A DNA stretch of 64,000 nt from Auanema rhodensis (lineage: Eukaryota > Animalia > Nematoda): contig OZ059894.1 in the NCBI GenBank assembly GCA_964057225.1, forward strand, positions 9,114,001 to 9,178,000, written 5' to 3'. Both the position numbers and the translations under genes were made by a program. The notes under the pieces are model-generated. The model did no database searches and was not told where the DNA came from. It saw only the letters and a program-made list of their open reading frames with translations. Of this stretch, positions 20,601-35,500 are shown one piece after another. The number at the start of each line of letters is the position of its first letter. The first letter of the stretch is position 1.

Positions 20601-23405
20601 TATTCCTTTTCTCAGTTCTATCGGTCATCTGAAGCCTAGCTTAGGTTTCAGTAATGAGTATTATTCAGATTCGAGGATTCCAGAGTTTGAACATTGGAAT
20701 TGATTTCAACTGTGGTTTTTTGTTCCTTATAACTCTTCAAGAATTCTTTATTCTGTCTACTCATAGCCTCGATAGCTCAGTTGGGAGAGCGTTAGACTGA
20801 AGATCTAAAGGTCACCAGTTCGATCCTGGTTCGGGGCAATGTTTTACCTTCCGACACCTTGAATTATTCCTTTTCTGAGTTCTATCGGTCATCTGAATCC
20901 TAGCTTAGGTTTCAGTAATGAGTATTATTCAGATTCGAGGATTCCAGAGTTTGAACATTGGAATTGATTTCAACTGTGGTTTTTTGTTCCTTATAACTCT
21001 TCAAGAATTCTTTATTCTGTCTACTCATAGCCTCGATAGCTCAGTTGGGAGAGCGTTAGACTGAAGATCTAAAGGTCACCAGTTCAATCCTGGTTCGGGG
21101 CAATGTTTTACCTTCCGACACCTTGAATTATTCCTTTTCTGAGTTCTATCGGTCATCTGAATCCTAGCTTAGGTTTCAGTAATGAGTATTATTCAGATTC
21201 GAGGATTCCAGAGTTTGAACATTGGAATTGATTTCAACTGTGGTTTTTTGTTCCTTATAACTCTTCAAGAATTCTTTATTCTGTCTACTCATAGCCTCGA
21301 TAGCTCAGTTGGGAGAGCGTTAGACTGAAGATCTAAAGGTCACCAGTTCGATCCTGGTTCGGGGCAATGTTTTACCTTCCGACACCTTGAATTATTCCTT
21401 TTCTCAGTTCTATCGGTCATCTGAAGCCTAGCTTAGGTTTCAGTAATGAGTATTATTCAGATTCGAGGATTCCAGAGTTTGAACATTGGAATTGATTTCA
21501 ACTGTGGTTTTTTGTTCCTTATAACTCTTCAAGAATTCTTTATTCTGTCTACTCATAGCCTCGATAGCTCAGTTGGGAGAGCGTTAGACTGAAGATCTAA
21601 AGATCACCAGTTCGATCCTGGTTCGGGGCAATGTTTTACCTTCCGACACCTTGAATTATTCCTTTTCTCAGTTCTATCGGTCATCTGAAGCCTAGCTTAG
21701 GTTTCAGTAATGAGTATTATTCAGATTCGAGGATTCCAGAGTTTGAACATTGGAATTGATTTCAACTGTGGTTTTTTGTTCCTTATAACTCTTCAAGAAT
21801 TCTTTATTCTGTCTACTCATAGCCTCGATAGCTCAGTTGGGAGAGCGTTAGACTGAAGATCTAAAGGTCACCAGTTCGATCCTGGTTCGGGGCAATGTTT
21901 TACCTTCCGACACCTTGAATTATTCCTTTTCTGAGTTCTATCGGTCATCTGAATCCTAGCTTAGGTTTCAGTAATGAGTATTATTCAGATTCGAGGATTC
22001 CAGAGTTTGAACATTGGAATTGATTTCAACTGTGGTTTTTTGTTCCTTATAACTCTTCAAGAATTCTTTATTCTGTCTACTCATAGCCTCGATAGCTCAG
22101 TTGGGAGAGCGTTAGACTGAAGATCTAAAGGTCACCAGTTCGATCCTGGTTCGGGGCAATGTTTTACCTTCCGACACCTTGAATTATTCCTTTTCTCAGT
22201 TCTATCGGTCATCTGAAGCCTAGCTTAGGTTTCAGTAATGAGTATTATTCAGATTCGAGGATTCCAGAGTTTGAACATTGGAATTGATTTCAACTGTGGT
22301 TTTTTGTTCCTTATAACTCTTCAAGAATTCTTTATTCTGTCTACTCATAGCCTCGATAGCTCAGTTGGGAGAGCGTTAGACTGAAGATCTAAAGGTCACC
22401 AGTTCGATCCTGGTTCGGGGCAATGTTTTACCTTCCGACACCTTGAATTATTCCTTTTCTGAGTTCTATCGGTCATCTGAATACTAGCTTAGGTTTCAGT
22501 AATGAGTATTATTCAGATTCGAGGATTCCAGAGTTTGAACATTGGAATTGATTTCAACTGTGGTTTTTTGTTCCTTATAACTCTTCAAGAATTCTTTATT
22601 CTGTCTACTCATAGCCTCGATAGCTCAGTTGGGAGAGCGTTAGACTGAAGATCTAAAGGTCACCAGTTCGATCCTGGTTCGGGGCAATGTTTTACCTTCC
22701 GACACCTTGAATTATTCCTTTTCTCAGTTCTATCGGTCATCTGAATCCTAGCTTAGGTTTCAGTAATGAGTATTATTCAGATTCGAGGATTCCAGAGTTT
22801 GAACATTGGAATTGATTTCAACTGTGGTTTTCTGTTCCTTATAACTCTTCAAGAATTCTTCATTCTGTCTACTCATAGCCTCGATAGCTCAGTTGGGAGA
22901 GCGTTAGACTGAAGATCTAAAGGTCACCAGTTCGATCCTGGTTCGGGGCAATGTTTTACATTCCGACACCTTCCAATATTCCTTTTCTGAGTTCTATCGG
23001 TCATCTGAATCCTAGCTTAGGTTTCAGTAATGAGTATTATTCAGATTCGAGGATTCCAGAGTTTGAACATTGGAATTGATTTCAACTGTGGTTTTTTGTT
23101 CCTTATAACTCTTCAAGAATTCTTCATTCTTTCTACTCATAGCCTCGATAGCTCAGTTGGGAGAGCGTTAGACTGAAGATCTAAAGGTCACCAGTTCGAT
23201 CCTGGTTCGGGGCAATGTTTTACATTCCGACACCTTCCAATATTCCTTTTCTGAGTTCTATCGGTCATCTGAATCCTAGCTTAGGTTTCAGTAATGAGTA
23301 TTATTCAGATTCGAGGATTCCAGAGTTTGAACATTGGAATTGATTTCAACTGTGGTTTTTTGTTCCTTATAACTCTTCAAGAATTCTTCATTCTTTCTAC
23401 TCATA

Positions 23406-23594
23406 GCCTCGATAGCTCAGTTGGGAGAGCGTTAGACTGAAGATCTAAAGGTCACCAGTTCGATCCTGGTTCGGGGCAATGTTTTAGTATTATTCAGATT
23501 CGAGGATTCCAGAGTTTGAACATTGGAATTGATTTCAACTGTGGTTTTTTGTTCCTTATAACTCTTCAAGAATTCTTTATTCTGTCTACTCATA
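23406..23594 (+). repeat. 189-bp deletion-variant unit (75-bp spacer deletion); the same junction recurs at ~30539 and ~31256
   Basis: Junction CAATGTTTTA|GTATTATTC. tRNA-to-tRNA spacing is 189 at 23406-23595, 30459-30648 and 31176-31365. Confidence 0.95.
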
Positions 23595-26500
23595 GCCTCG
23601 ATAGCTCAGTTGGGAGAGCGTTAGACTGAAGATCTAAAGGTCACCAGTTCGATCCTGGTTCGGGGCAATGTTTTTCCTTCCGACACCTTGAATTATTCCT
23701 TTTCTCAGTTCTATCGGTCATCTGAATCCTAGCTTAGGTTTCAGTAATGAGTATTATTCAGATTCGAGGATTCCAGAGTTTGAACATTGGAATTGATTTC
23801 AACAGTGGTTTTTTGTTCCTTATAACTCTTCAAGAATTCTTTATTCTGTCTACTCATAGCCTCGATAGCTCAGTTGGGAGAGCGTTAGACTGAAGATCTA
23901 AGGGTCACCAGTTCGATCCTGGTTCGGGGCAATGTTTTACCTTCCGACACCTTGCAATATTCCTTTTCTGATTTCTATCGGTCATCTGAAGCCTAGCTTA
24001 GGTTTCAGTAATGAGTATTATTCAGATTCGAGGATTCCAGAGTTTGAACATTGGAATTGATTTCAACTGTGGTTTTTTGTTCCTTATAACTCTTCAAGAA
24101 TTCTTTATTCTGTCTACTCATAGCCTCGATAGCTCAGTTGGGAGAGCGTTAGACTGAAGATCTAAAGGTCACCAGTTCGATCCTGGTTCGGGGCAATGTT
24201 TTACCTTCCGACACCTTGAATTATTCCTTTTCTCAGTTCTATCGGTCATCTGAATCCTAGCTTAGGTTTCAGTAATGAGTATTATTCAGATTCGAGGATT
24301 CCAGAGTTTGAACATTGGAATTGATTTCAACAGTGGTTTTTTGTTCCTTATAACTCTTCAAGAATTCTTCATTCTGTCTACTCATAGCCTCGATAGCTCA
24401 GTTGGGAGAGCGTTAGACTGAAGATCTAAAGGTCACCAGTTCGATCCTGGTTCGGGGCAATGTTTTACATTCCGACACCTTGCAATATTCCTTTTCTGAT
24501 TTCTATCGGTCATCTGAATCCTAGCTTAGGTTTCAGTAATGAGTATTATTCAGATTCGAGGATTCCAGAGTTTGAACATTGGAATTGATTTCAACAGTGG
24601 TTTTTTGTTCCTTATAACTCTTCAAGAATTCTTCATTCTGTTTACTCATAGCCTCGATAGCTCAGTTGGGAGAGCGTTAGACTGAAGATCTAAAGGTCAC
24701 CAGTTCGATCCTGGTTCGGGGCAATGTTTTACCTTCCGACACCTTGAATTATTCCTTTTCTCAGTTCTATCGGTCATCTGAAGCCTAGCTTAGGTTTCAG
24801 TAATGAGTATTATTCAGATTCGCGGATTCCAGAGTTTGAACATTGGAATTGATTTCAACTGTGGTTTTTTGTTCCTTATAACTCTTCAAGAATTCTTCAT
24901 TCTTTCTACTCATAGCCTCGATAGCTCAGTTGGGAGAGCGTTAGACTGAAGATCTAAAGGTCACCAGTTCGATCCTGGTTCGGGGCAATGTTTTACCTTC
25001 CGACACCTTGCAATATTCCTTTTCTGATTTCTATCGGTCATCTGAAGCCTAGCTTAGGTTTCAGTAATGAGTATTATTCAGATTCGAGGATTCCAGAGTT
25101 TGAACATTGGAATTGATTTCAACTGTGGTTTTTTGTTCCTTATAACTCTTCAAGAATTCTTTATTCTGTCTACTCATAGCCTCGATAGCTCAGTTGGGAG
25201 AGCGTTAGACTGAAGATCTAAAGGTCACCAGTTCGATCCTGGTTCGGGGCAATGTTTTACCTTCCGACACCTTGAATTATTCCTTTTCTGAGTTCTATCG
25301 GTCATCTGAATCCTAGCTTAGGTTTCAGTAATGAGTATTATTCAGATTCGAGGATTCCAGAGTTTGAACATTGGAATTGATTTCAACTGTGGTTTTTTGT
25401 TCCTTATAACTCTTCAAGAATTCTTTATTCTGTCTACTCATAGCCTCGATAGCTCAGTTGGGAGAGCGTTAGACTGAAGATCTAAAGGTCACCAGTTCGA
25501 TCCTGGTTCGGGGCAATGTTTTACCTTCCGACACCTTGAATTATTCCTTTTCTGAGTTCTATCGGTCATCTGAATCCTAGCTTAGGTTTCAGTAATGAGT
25601 ATTATTCAGATTCGAGGATTCCAGAGTTTGAACATTGGAATTGATTTCAACTGTGGTTTTTTGTTCCTTATAACTCTTCAAGAATTCTTTATTCTGTCTA
25701 CTCATAGCCTCGATAGCTCAGTTGGGAGAGCGTTAGACTGAAGATCTAAAGGTCACCAGTTCGATCCTGGTTCGGGGCAATGTTTTACCTTCCGACACCT
25801 TGAATTATTCCTTTTCTCAGTTCTATCGGTCATCTGAAGCCTAGCTTAGGTTTCAGTAATGAGTATTATTCAGATTCGAGGATTCCAGAGTTTGAACATT
25901 GGAATTGATTTCAACTGTGGTTTTTTGTTCCTTATAACTCTTCAAGAATTCTTTATTCTGTCTACTCATAGCCTCGATAGCTCAGTTGGGAGAGTGTTAG
26001 ACTGAAGATCTAAAGGTCACCAGTTCGATCCTGGTTCGGGGCAATGTTTTACCTTCCGACACCTTGAATTATTCCTTTTCTGAGTTCTATCGGTCATCTG
26101 AATCCTAGCTTAGGTTTCAGTAATGAGTATTATTCAGATTCGAGGATTCCAGAGTTTGAACATTGGAATTGATTTCAACTGTGGTTTTTTGTTCCTTATA
26201 ACTCTTCAAGAATTCTTTATTCTGTCTACTCATAGCCTCGATAGCTCAGTTGGGAGAGCGTTAGACTGAAGATCTAAAGGTCACCAGTTCGATCCTGGTT
26301 CGGGGCAATGTTTTACCTTCCGACACCTTGAATTATTCCTTTTCTCAGTTCTATCGGTCATCTGAAGCCTAGCTTAGGTTTCAGTAATGAGTATTATTCA
26401 GATTCGAGGATTCCAGAGTTTGAACATTGGAATTGATTTCAACTGTGGTTTTTTGTTCCTTATAACTCTTCAAGAATTCTTTATTCTGTCTACTCATAGC

Positions 26501-29500
26501 CTCGATAGCTCAGTTGGGAGAGCGTTAGACTGAAGATCTAAAGGTCACCAGTTCGATCCTGGTTCGGGGCAATGTTTTACCTTCCGACACCTTGAATTAT
26601 TCCTTTTCTGAGTTCTATCGGTCATCTGAATCCTAGCTTAGGTTTCAGTAATGAGTATTATTCAGATTCGAGGATTCCAGAGTTTGAACATTGGAATTGA
26701 TTTCAACTGTGGTTTTTTGTTCCTTATAACTCTTCAAGAATTCTTTATTCTGTCTACTCATAGCCTCGATAGCTCAGTTGGGAGAGCGTTAGACTGAAGA
26801 TCTAAAGGTCACCAGTTCGATCCTGGTTCGGGGCAATGTTTTACCTTCCGACACCTTGAATTATTCCTTTTCTGAGTTCTATCGGTCATCTGAATCCTAG
26901 CTTAGGTTTCAGTAATGAGTATTATTCAGATTCGAGGATTCCAGAGTTTGAACATTGGAATTGATTTCAACTGTGGTTTTTTGTTCCTTTTAACTCTTCA
27001 AGAATTCTTTATTCTGTCTACTCATAGCCTCGATAGCTCAGTTGGGAGAGCGTTAGACTGAAGATCTAAAGGTCACCAGTTCGATCCTGGTTCGGGGCAA
27101 TGTTTTACCTTCCGACACCTTGAATTATTCCTTTTCTCAGTTCTATCGGTCATCTGAAGCCTAGCTTAGGTTTCAGTAATGAGTATTATTCAGATTCGAG
27201 GATTCCAGAGTTTGAACATTGGAATTGATTTCAACTGTGGTTTTTTGTTCCTTATAACTCTTCAAGAATTCTTTATTCTGTCTACTCATAGCCTCGATAG
27301 CTCAGTTGGGAGAGCGTTAGACTGAAGATCTAAAGGTCACCAGTTCGATCCTGGTTCGGGGCAATGTTTTACCTTCCGACACCTTGAATTATTCCTTTTC
27401 TGAGTTCTATCGGTCATCTGAATCCTAGCTTAGGTTTCAGTAATGAGTATTATTCAGATTCGAGGATTCCAGAGTTTGAACATTGGAATTGATTTCAACT
27501 GTGGTTTTTTGTTCCTTATAACTCTTCAAGAATTCTTTATTCTGTCTACTCATAGCCTCGATAGCTCAGTTGGGAGAGCGTTAGACTGAAGATCTAAAGG
27601 TCACCAGTTCGATCCTGGTTCGGGGCAATGTTTTACCTTCCGACACCTTGAATTATTCCTTTTCTGAGTTCTATCGGTCATCTGAATCCTAGCTTAGGTT
27701 TCAGTAATGAGTATTATTCAGATTCGAGGATTCCAGAGTTTGAACATTGGAATTGATTTCAACTGTGGTTTTTTGTTCCTTATAACTCTTCAAGAATTCT
27801 TTATTCTGTCTACTCATAGCCTCGATAGCTCAGTTGGGAGAGCGTTAGACTGAAGATCTAAAGGTCACCAGTTCGATCCTGGTTCGGGGCAATGTTTTAC
27901 CTTCCGACACCTTGAATTATTCCTTTTCTCAGTTCTATCGGTCATCTGAATCCTAGCTTAGGTTTCAGTAATGAGTATTATTCAGATTCGAGGATTCCAG
28001 AGTTTGAACATTGGAATTGATTTCAACAGTGGTTTTTTGTTCCTTATAACTCTTCAAGAATTCTTCATTCTGTCTACTCATAGCCTCGATAGCTCAGTTG
28101 GGAGAGCGTTAGACTGAAGATCTAAAGGTCACCAGTTCGATCCTGGTTCGGGGCAATGTTTTACCTTCCGACACCTTGAATTATTCCTTTTCTGAGTTCT
28201 ATCGGTCATCTGAATCCTAGCTTAGGTTTCAGTAATGAGTATTATTCAGATTCGAGGATTCCAGAGTTTGAACATTGGAATTGATTTCAACTGTGGTTTT
28301 TTGTTCCTTATAACTCTTCAAGAATTCTTTATTCTGTCTACTCATAGCCTCGATAGCTCAGTTGGGAGAGCGTTAGACTGAAGATCTAAAGGTCACCAGT
28401 TCGATCCTGGTTCGGGGCAATGTTTTACCTTCCGACACCTTGAATTATTCCTTTTCTCAGTTCTATCGGTCATCTGAAGCCTAGCTTAGGTTTCAGTAAT
28501 GAGTATTATTCAGATTCGAGGATTCCAGAGTTTGAACATTGGAATTGATTTCAACTGTGGTTTTTTGTTCCTTATAACTCTTCAAGAATTCTTTATTCTG
28601 TCTACTCATAGCCTCGATAGCTCAGTTGGGAGAGCGTTAGACTGAAGATCTAAAGGTCACCAGTTCGATCCTGGTTCGGGGCAATGTTTTACCTTCCGAC
28701 ACCTTGAATTATTCCTTTTCTGAGTTCTATCGGTCATCTGAATCCTAGCTTAGGTTTCAGTAATGAGTATTATTCAGATTCGAGGATTCCAGAGTTTGAA
28801 CATTGGAATTGATTTCAACTGTGGTTTTTTGTTCCTTATAACTCTTCAAGAATTCTTTATTCTGTCTACTCATAGCCTCGATAGCTCAGTTGGGAGAGCG
28901 TTAGACTGAAGATCTAAAGGTCACCAGTTCGATCCTGGTTCGGGGCAATGTTTTACCTTCCGACACCTTGAATTATTCCTTTTCTGAGTTCTATCGGTCA
29001 TCTGAATCCTAGCTTAGGTTTCAGTAATGAGTATTATTCAGATTCGAGGATTCCAGAGTTTGAACATTGGAATTGATTTCAACTGTGGTTTTTTGTTCCT
29101 TTTAACTCTTCAAGAATTCTTTATTCTGTCTACTCATAGCCTCGATAGCTCAGTTGGGAGAGCGTTAGACTGAAGATCTAAAGGTCACCAGTTCGATCCT
29201 GGTTCGGGGCAATGTTTTACCTTCCGACACCTTGAATTATTCCTTTTCTCAGTTCTATCGGTCATCTGAAGCCTAGCTTAGGTTTCAGTAATGAGTATTA
29301 TTCAGATTCGAGGATTCCAGAGTTTGAACATTGGAATTGATTTCAACTGTGGTTTTTTGTTCCTTATAACTCTTCAAGAATTCTTTATTCTGTCTACTCA
29401 TAGCCTCGATAGCTCAGTTGGGAGAGCGTTAGACTGAAGATCTAAAGGTCACCAGTTCGATCCTGGTTCGGGGCAATGTTTTACCTTCCGACACCTTGAA

Positions 29501-32500
29501 TTATTCCTTTTCTGAGTTCTATCGGTCATCTGAATCCTAGCTTAGGTTTCAGTAATGAGTATTATTCAGATTCGAGGATTCCAGAGTTTGAACATTGGAA
29601 TTGATTTCAACTGTGGTTTTTTGTTCCTTATAACTCTTCAAGAATTCTTTATTCTGTCTACTCATAGCCTCGATAGCTCAGTTGGGAGAGCGTTAGACTG
29701 AAGATCTAAAGGTCACCAGTTCGATCCTGGTTCGGGGCAATGTTTTACCTTCCGACACCTTGAATTATTCCTTTTCTGAGTTCTATCGGTCATCTGAATC
29801 CTAGCTTAGGTTTCAGTAATGAGTATTATTCAGATTCGAGGATTCCAGAGTTTGAACATTGGAATTGATTTCAACTGTGGTTTTTTGTTCCTTATAACTC
29901 TTCAAGAATTCTTTATTCTGTCTACTCATAGCCTCGATAGCTCAGTTGGGAGAGCGTTAGACTGAAGATCTAAAGGTCACCAGTTCGATCCTGGTTCGGG
30001 GCAATGTTTTACCTTCCGACACCTTGAATTATTCCTTTTCTCAGTTCTATCGGTCATCTGAATCCTAGCTTAGGTTTCAGTAATGAGTATTATTCAGATT
30101 CGAGGATTCCAGAGTTTGAACATTGGAATTGATTTCAACAGTGGTTTTTTGTTCCTTATAACTCTTCAAGAATTCTTCATTCTGTCTACTCATAGCCTCG
30201 ATAGCTCAGTTGGGAGAGCGTTAGACTGAAGATCTAAAGGTCACCAGTTCGATCCTGGTTCGGGGCAATGTTTTACATTCCGACACCTTCCAATATTCCT
30301 TTTCTGAGTTCTATCGGTCATCTGAATCCTAGCTTAGGTTTCAGTAATGAGTATTATTCAGATTCGAGGATTCCAGAGTTTGAACATTGGAATTGATTTC
30401 AACTGTGGTTTTTTGTTCCTTATAACTCTTCAAGAATTCTTCATTCTTTCTACTCATAGCCTCGATAGCTCAGTTGGGAGAGCGTTAGACTGAAGATCTA
30501 AAGGTCACCAGTTCGATCCTGGTTCGGGGCAATGTTTTAGTATTATTCAGATTCGAGGATTCCAGAGTTTGAACATTGGAATTGATTTCAACTGTGGTTT
30601 TTTGTTCCTTATAACTCTTCAAGAATTCTTTATTCTGTCTACTCATAGCCTCGATAGCTCAGTTGGGAGAGCGTTAGACTGAAGATCTAAAGGTCACCAG
30701 TTCGATCCTGGTTCGGGGCAATGTTTTACCTTCCGACACCTTGAATTATTCCTTTTCTCAGTTCTATCGGTCATCTGAATCCTAGCTTAGGTTTCAGTAA
30801 TGAGTATTATTCAGATTCGAGGATTCCAGAGTTTGAACATTGGAATTGATTTCAACAGTGGTTTTTTGTTCCTTATAACTCTTCAAGAATTCTTCATTCT
30901 GTCTACTCATAGCCTCGATAGCTCAGTTGGGAGAGCGTTAGACTGAAGATCTAAAGGTCACCAGTTCGATCCTGGTTCGGGGCAATGTTTTACATTCCGA
31001 CACCTTCCAATATTCCTTTTCTGAGTTCTATCGGTCATCTGAATCCTAGCTTAGGTTTCAGTAATGAGTATTATTCAGATTCGAGGATTCCAGAGTTTGA
31101 ACATTGGAATTGATTTCAACTGTGGTTTTTTGTTCCTTATAACTCTTCAAGAATTCTTCATTCTTTCTACTCATAGCCTCGATAGCTCAGTTGGGAGAGC
31201 GTTAGACTGAAGATCTAAAGGTCACCAGTTCGATCCTGGTTCGGGGCAATGTTTTAGTATTATTCAGATTCGAGGATTCCAGAGTTTGAACATTGGAATT
31301 GATTTCAACTGTGGTTTTTTGTTCCTTATAACACTTCAAGAATTCTTTATTCTGTCTACTCATAGCCTTGATAGCTCAGTTGGGAGAGCGTTAGACTGAA
31401 GATCTAAAGGTCACCAGTTCGATCCTGGTTCGGGGCAATGTTTTACCTTCCGACACCTTGAATTATTCCTTTTCTCAGTTCTATCGGTCATCTGAATCCT
31501 AGCTTAGGTTTCAGTAATGAGTATTATTCAGATTCGAGGATTCCAGAGTTTGAACATTGGAATTGATTTCAACTGTGGTTTTTTGTTCCTTATAACTCTT
31601 CAAGAATTCTTCATTCTGTCTACTCATAGCCTCGATAGCTCAGTTGGGAGAGCGTTAGACTGAAGATCTAAAGGTCACCAGTTCGATCCTGGTTCGGGGC
31701 AATGTTTTACATTCCGACACCTTCCAGTATTCCTTTTCTGAGTTCTATCGGTCATCTGAATCCTAGCTTAGGTTTCAGTAATGAGTATTATTCAGATTCG
31801 AGGATTCCAGAGTTTGAACATTGGAATTGATTTCAACTGTGGTTTTTTGTTCCTTATAACTCTTCAAGAATTCTTCATTCTTTCTACTCATAGCCTCGAT
31901 AGCTCAGTTGGGAGAGCGTTAGACTGAAGATCTAAAGGTCACCAGTTCGATCCTGGTTCGGGGCAATGTTTTACCTTCCGACACCTTGCAATATTCCTTT
32001 TCTGATTTCTATCGGTCATCTGAATCCTAGCTTAGGTTTCAGTAATGAGTATTATTCAGATTCGAGGATTCCAGAGTTTGAACACTCAAATTGATTTCAA
32101 CTGTGGTTTTCTGTTCCTTATAACTCTTCAAGAATTCTTCATTCTGTTTACTCATAGCCTCGATAGCTCAGTTGGGAGAGCGTTAGACTGAAGATCTAAA
32201 GGTCACCAGTTCGATCCTGGTTCGGGGCAATGTTTTACCTTCCGACACCTTGCAATATTCCTTTTCTGATTTCTATCGGTCATCTGAAGCCTAGCTTAGG
32301 TTTCAGTAATGAGTATTATTCAGATTCGAGGATTCCAGAGTTTGAACATTGGAATTGATTTCAACTGTGGTTTTTTGTTCCTTATAACTCTTCAAGAATT
32401 CTTCATTCTGTTTACTCATAGCCTCGATAGCTCAGTTGGGAGAGCGTTAGACTGAAGATCTAAAGGTCACCAGTTCGATCCTGGTTCGGGGCAATGTTTT

Positions 32501-35500
32501 ACCTTCCGACACCTTGCAATATTCCTTTTCTGATTTCTATCGGTCATCTGAAGCCTAGCTTAGGTTTCAGTAATGAGTATTATTCAGATTCGAGGATTCC
32601 AGAGTTTGAACACTCAAATTGATTTCAACAGTGGTTTTTTGTTCCTTATAACTCTTCAAGAATTCTTCATTCTGTTTACTCATAGCCTCGATAGCTCAGT
32701 TGGGAGAGCGTTAGACTGAAGATCTAAAGGTCACCAGTTCGATCCTGGTTCGGGGCAATGTTTTACCTTCCGACACCTTGAATTATTCCTTTTCTCAGTT
32801 CTATCGGTCATCTGAATCCTAGCTTAGGTTTCAGTAATGAGTATTATTCAGATTCGAGGATTCCAGAGTTTGAACATTGGAATTGATTTCAACTGTGGTT
32901 TTTTGTTCCTTATAACTCTTCAAGAATTCTTTATTCTGCCTACTCATAGCCTCGATAGCTCAGTTGGGAGAGCGTTAGACTGAAGATCTAAAGGTCACCA
33001 GTTCGATCCTGGTTCGGGGCAATGTTTTACCTTCCGACACCTTGAATTATTCCTTTTCTCAGTTCTATCGGTCATCTGAATCCTAGCTTAGGTTTCAGTA
33101 ATGAGTATTATTCAGATTCGAGGATTCCAGAGTTTGAACATTGGAATTGATTTCAACTGTGGTTTTTTCTTCCTTATAACTCTTCAAGAATTCTTTATTC
33201 TGTCTACTCATTGCCTCGATAGCTCAGTTGGGAGAGCGTTAGACTGAAGATCTAAAGGTCACCAGTTCGATCCTGGTTCGGGGCAATGTTTTACCTTCCG
33301 ACACCTTGAATTATTCCTTTTCTCAGTTCTATCGGTCATCTGAATCCTAGCTTAGGTTTCAGTAATGAGTATTATTCAGATTCGAGGATTCCAGAGTTTG
33401 AACATTGGAATTGATTTCAACTGTGGTTTTTTGTTCCTTATAACTCTTCAAGAATTCTTCATTCTGTCTACTCATAGCCTCGATAGCTCAGTTGGGAGAG
33501 CGTTAGACTGAAGATCTAAAGGTCACCAGTTCGATCCTGGTTCGGGGCAATGTTTTACATTCCGACACCTTCCAATATTCCTTTTCTGAGTTCTATCGGT
33601 CATCTGAATCCTAGCTTAGGTTTCAGTAATGAGTATTATTCAGATTCGAGGATTTCAGAGTTTGAACACTCAAATTGATTTCAACTGTGGTTTTCTGTTC
33701 CTTATAACTCTTCAAGAATTCTTCATTCTGTTTACTCATAGCCTCGATAGCTCAGTTGGGAGAGCGTTAGACTGAAGATCTAAAGGTCACCAGTTCGATC
33801 CTGGTTCGGGGCAATGTTTTACCTTCCGACACCTTGCAATATTCCTTTTCTGATTTCTATCGGTCATCTGAAGCCTAGCTTAGGTTTCAGTAATGAGTAT
33901 TATTCAGATTCGAGGATTCCAGAGTTTGAACATTGGAATTGATTTCAACTGTGGTTTTTTGTTCCTTATAACTCTTCAAGAATTCTTTATTCTGTCTACT
34001 CATAGCCTCGATAGCTCAGTTGGGAGAGCGTTAGACTGAAGATCTAAAGTTCACCAGTTCGATCCTGGTTCGGGGCAATGTTTTACCTTCCGACACCTTG
34101 AATTATTCCTTTTCTGAGTTCTATCGGTCATCTGAATCCTAGCTTAGGTTTCAGTAATGAGTATTATTCAGATTCGAGGATTCCAGAGTTTGAACATTGG
34201 AATTGATTTCAACTGTGGTTTTTTGTTCCTTATAACTCTTCAAGAATTCTTTATTCTGTCTACTCATAGCCTCGATAGCTCAGTTGGGAGAGCGTTAGAC
34301 TGAAGATCTAAAGTTCACCAGTTCGATCCTGGTTCGGGGCAATGTTTTACCTTCCGACACCTTGAATTATTCCTTTTCTGAGTTCTATCGGTCATCTGAA
34401 TCCTAGCTTAGGTTTCAGTAATGAGTATTATTCAGATTCGAGGATTCCAGAGTTTGAACATTGGAATTGATTTCAACTGTGGTTTTTTGTTCCTTATAAC
34501 TCTTCAAGAATTCTTTATTCTGTCTACTCATAGCCTCGATAGCTCAGTTGGGAGAGCGTTAGACTGAAGATCTAAAGGTCACCAGTTCGATCCTGGTTCG
34601 GGGCAATGTTTTACCTTCCGACACCTTGAATTATTCCTTTTCTGAGTTCTATCGGTCATCTGAATCCTAGCTTAGGTTTCAGTAATGAGTATTATTCAGA
34701 TTCGAGGATTCCAGAGTTTGAACATTGGAATTGATTTCAACTGTGGTTTTTTGTTCCTTATAACTCTTCAAGAATTCTTCATACTGTCTACGCATAGCCT
34801 CGATAGCTCAGTTGGGAGAGCGTTAGACTGAAGATCTAAAGGTCACCAGTTCGATCCTGGTTCGGGGCAATGTTTTACCTTCCGACACCTTGCAATATTC
34901 CTTTTCTGAGTTCTATCGGTCATCTGAATCCTAGCTTAGGTTTCAGTAATGAGTATTATTCAGATTCGAGGATTCCAGAGTTTGAACATTGGAATTGATT
35001 TCAACTGTGGTTTTTTGTTCCTTATAACTCTTCAAGAATTCTTCATACTGTCTACGCATAGCCTCGATAGCTCAGTTGGGAGAGCGTTAGACTGAAGATC
35101 TAAAGGTCACCAGTTCGATCCTGGTTCGGGGCAATGTTTTACCTTCCGACACCTTGCAATATTCTTTTTCTGATTTCTATCGGTCATCTGAAGCCTAGCT
35201 TAGGTTTCAGTAATGAGTATTATTCAGATTCGAGGATTCCAGAGTTTGAACATTGGAATTGATTTCAACTGTGGTTTTTTGTTCCTTATAACTCTTCAAG
35301 AATTCTTTATTCTGTCTACTCATAGCCTCGATAGCTCAGTTGGGAGAGCGTTAGACTGAAGATCTAAAGGTCACCAGTTCGATCCTGGTTCGGGGCAATG
35401 TTTTACCTTCCGACACCTTGAATTATTCCTTTTCTGAGTTCTATCGGTCATCTGAATCCTAGCTTAGGTTTCAGTAATGAGTATTATTCAGATTCGAGGA

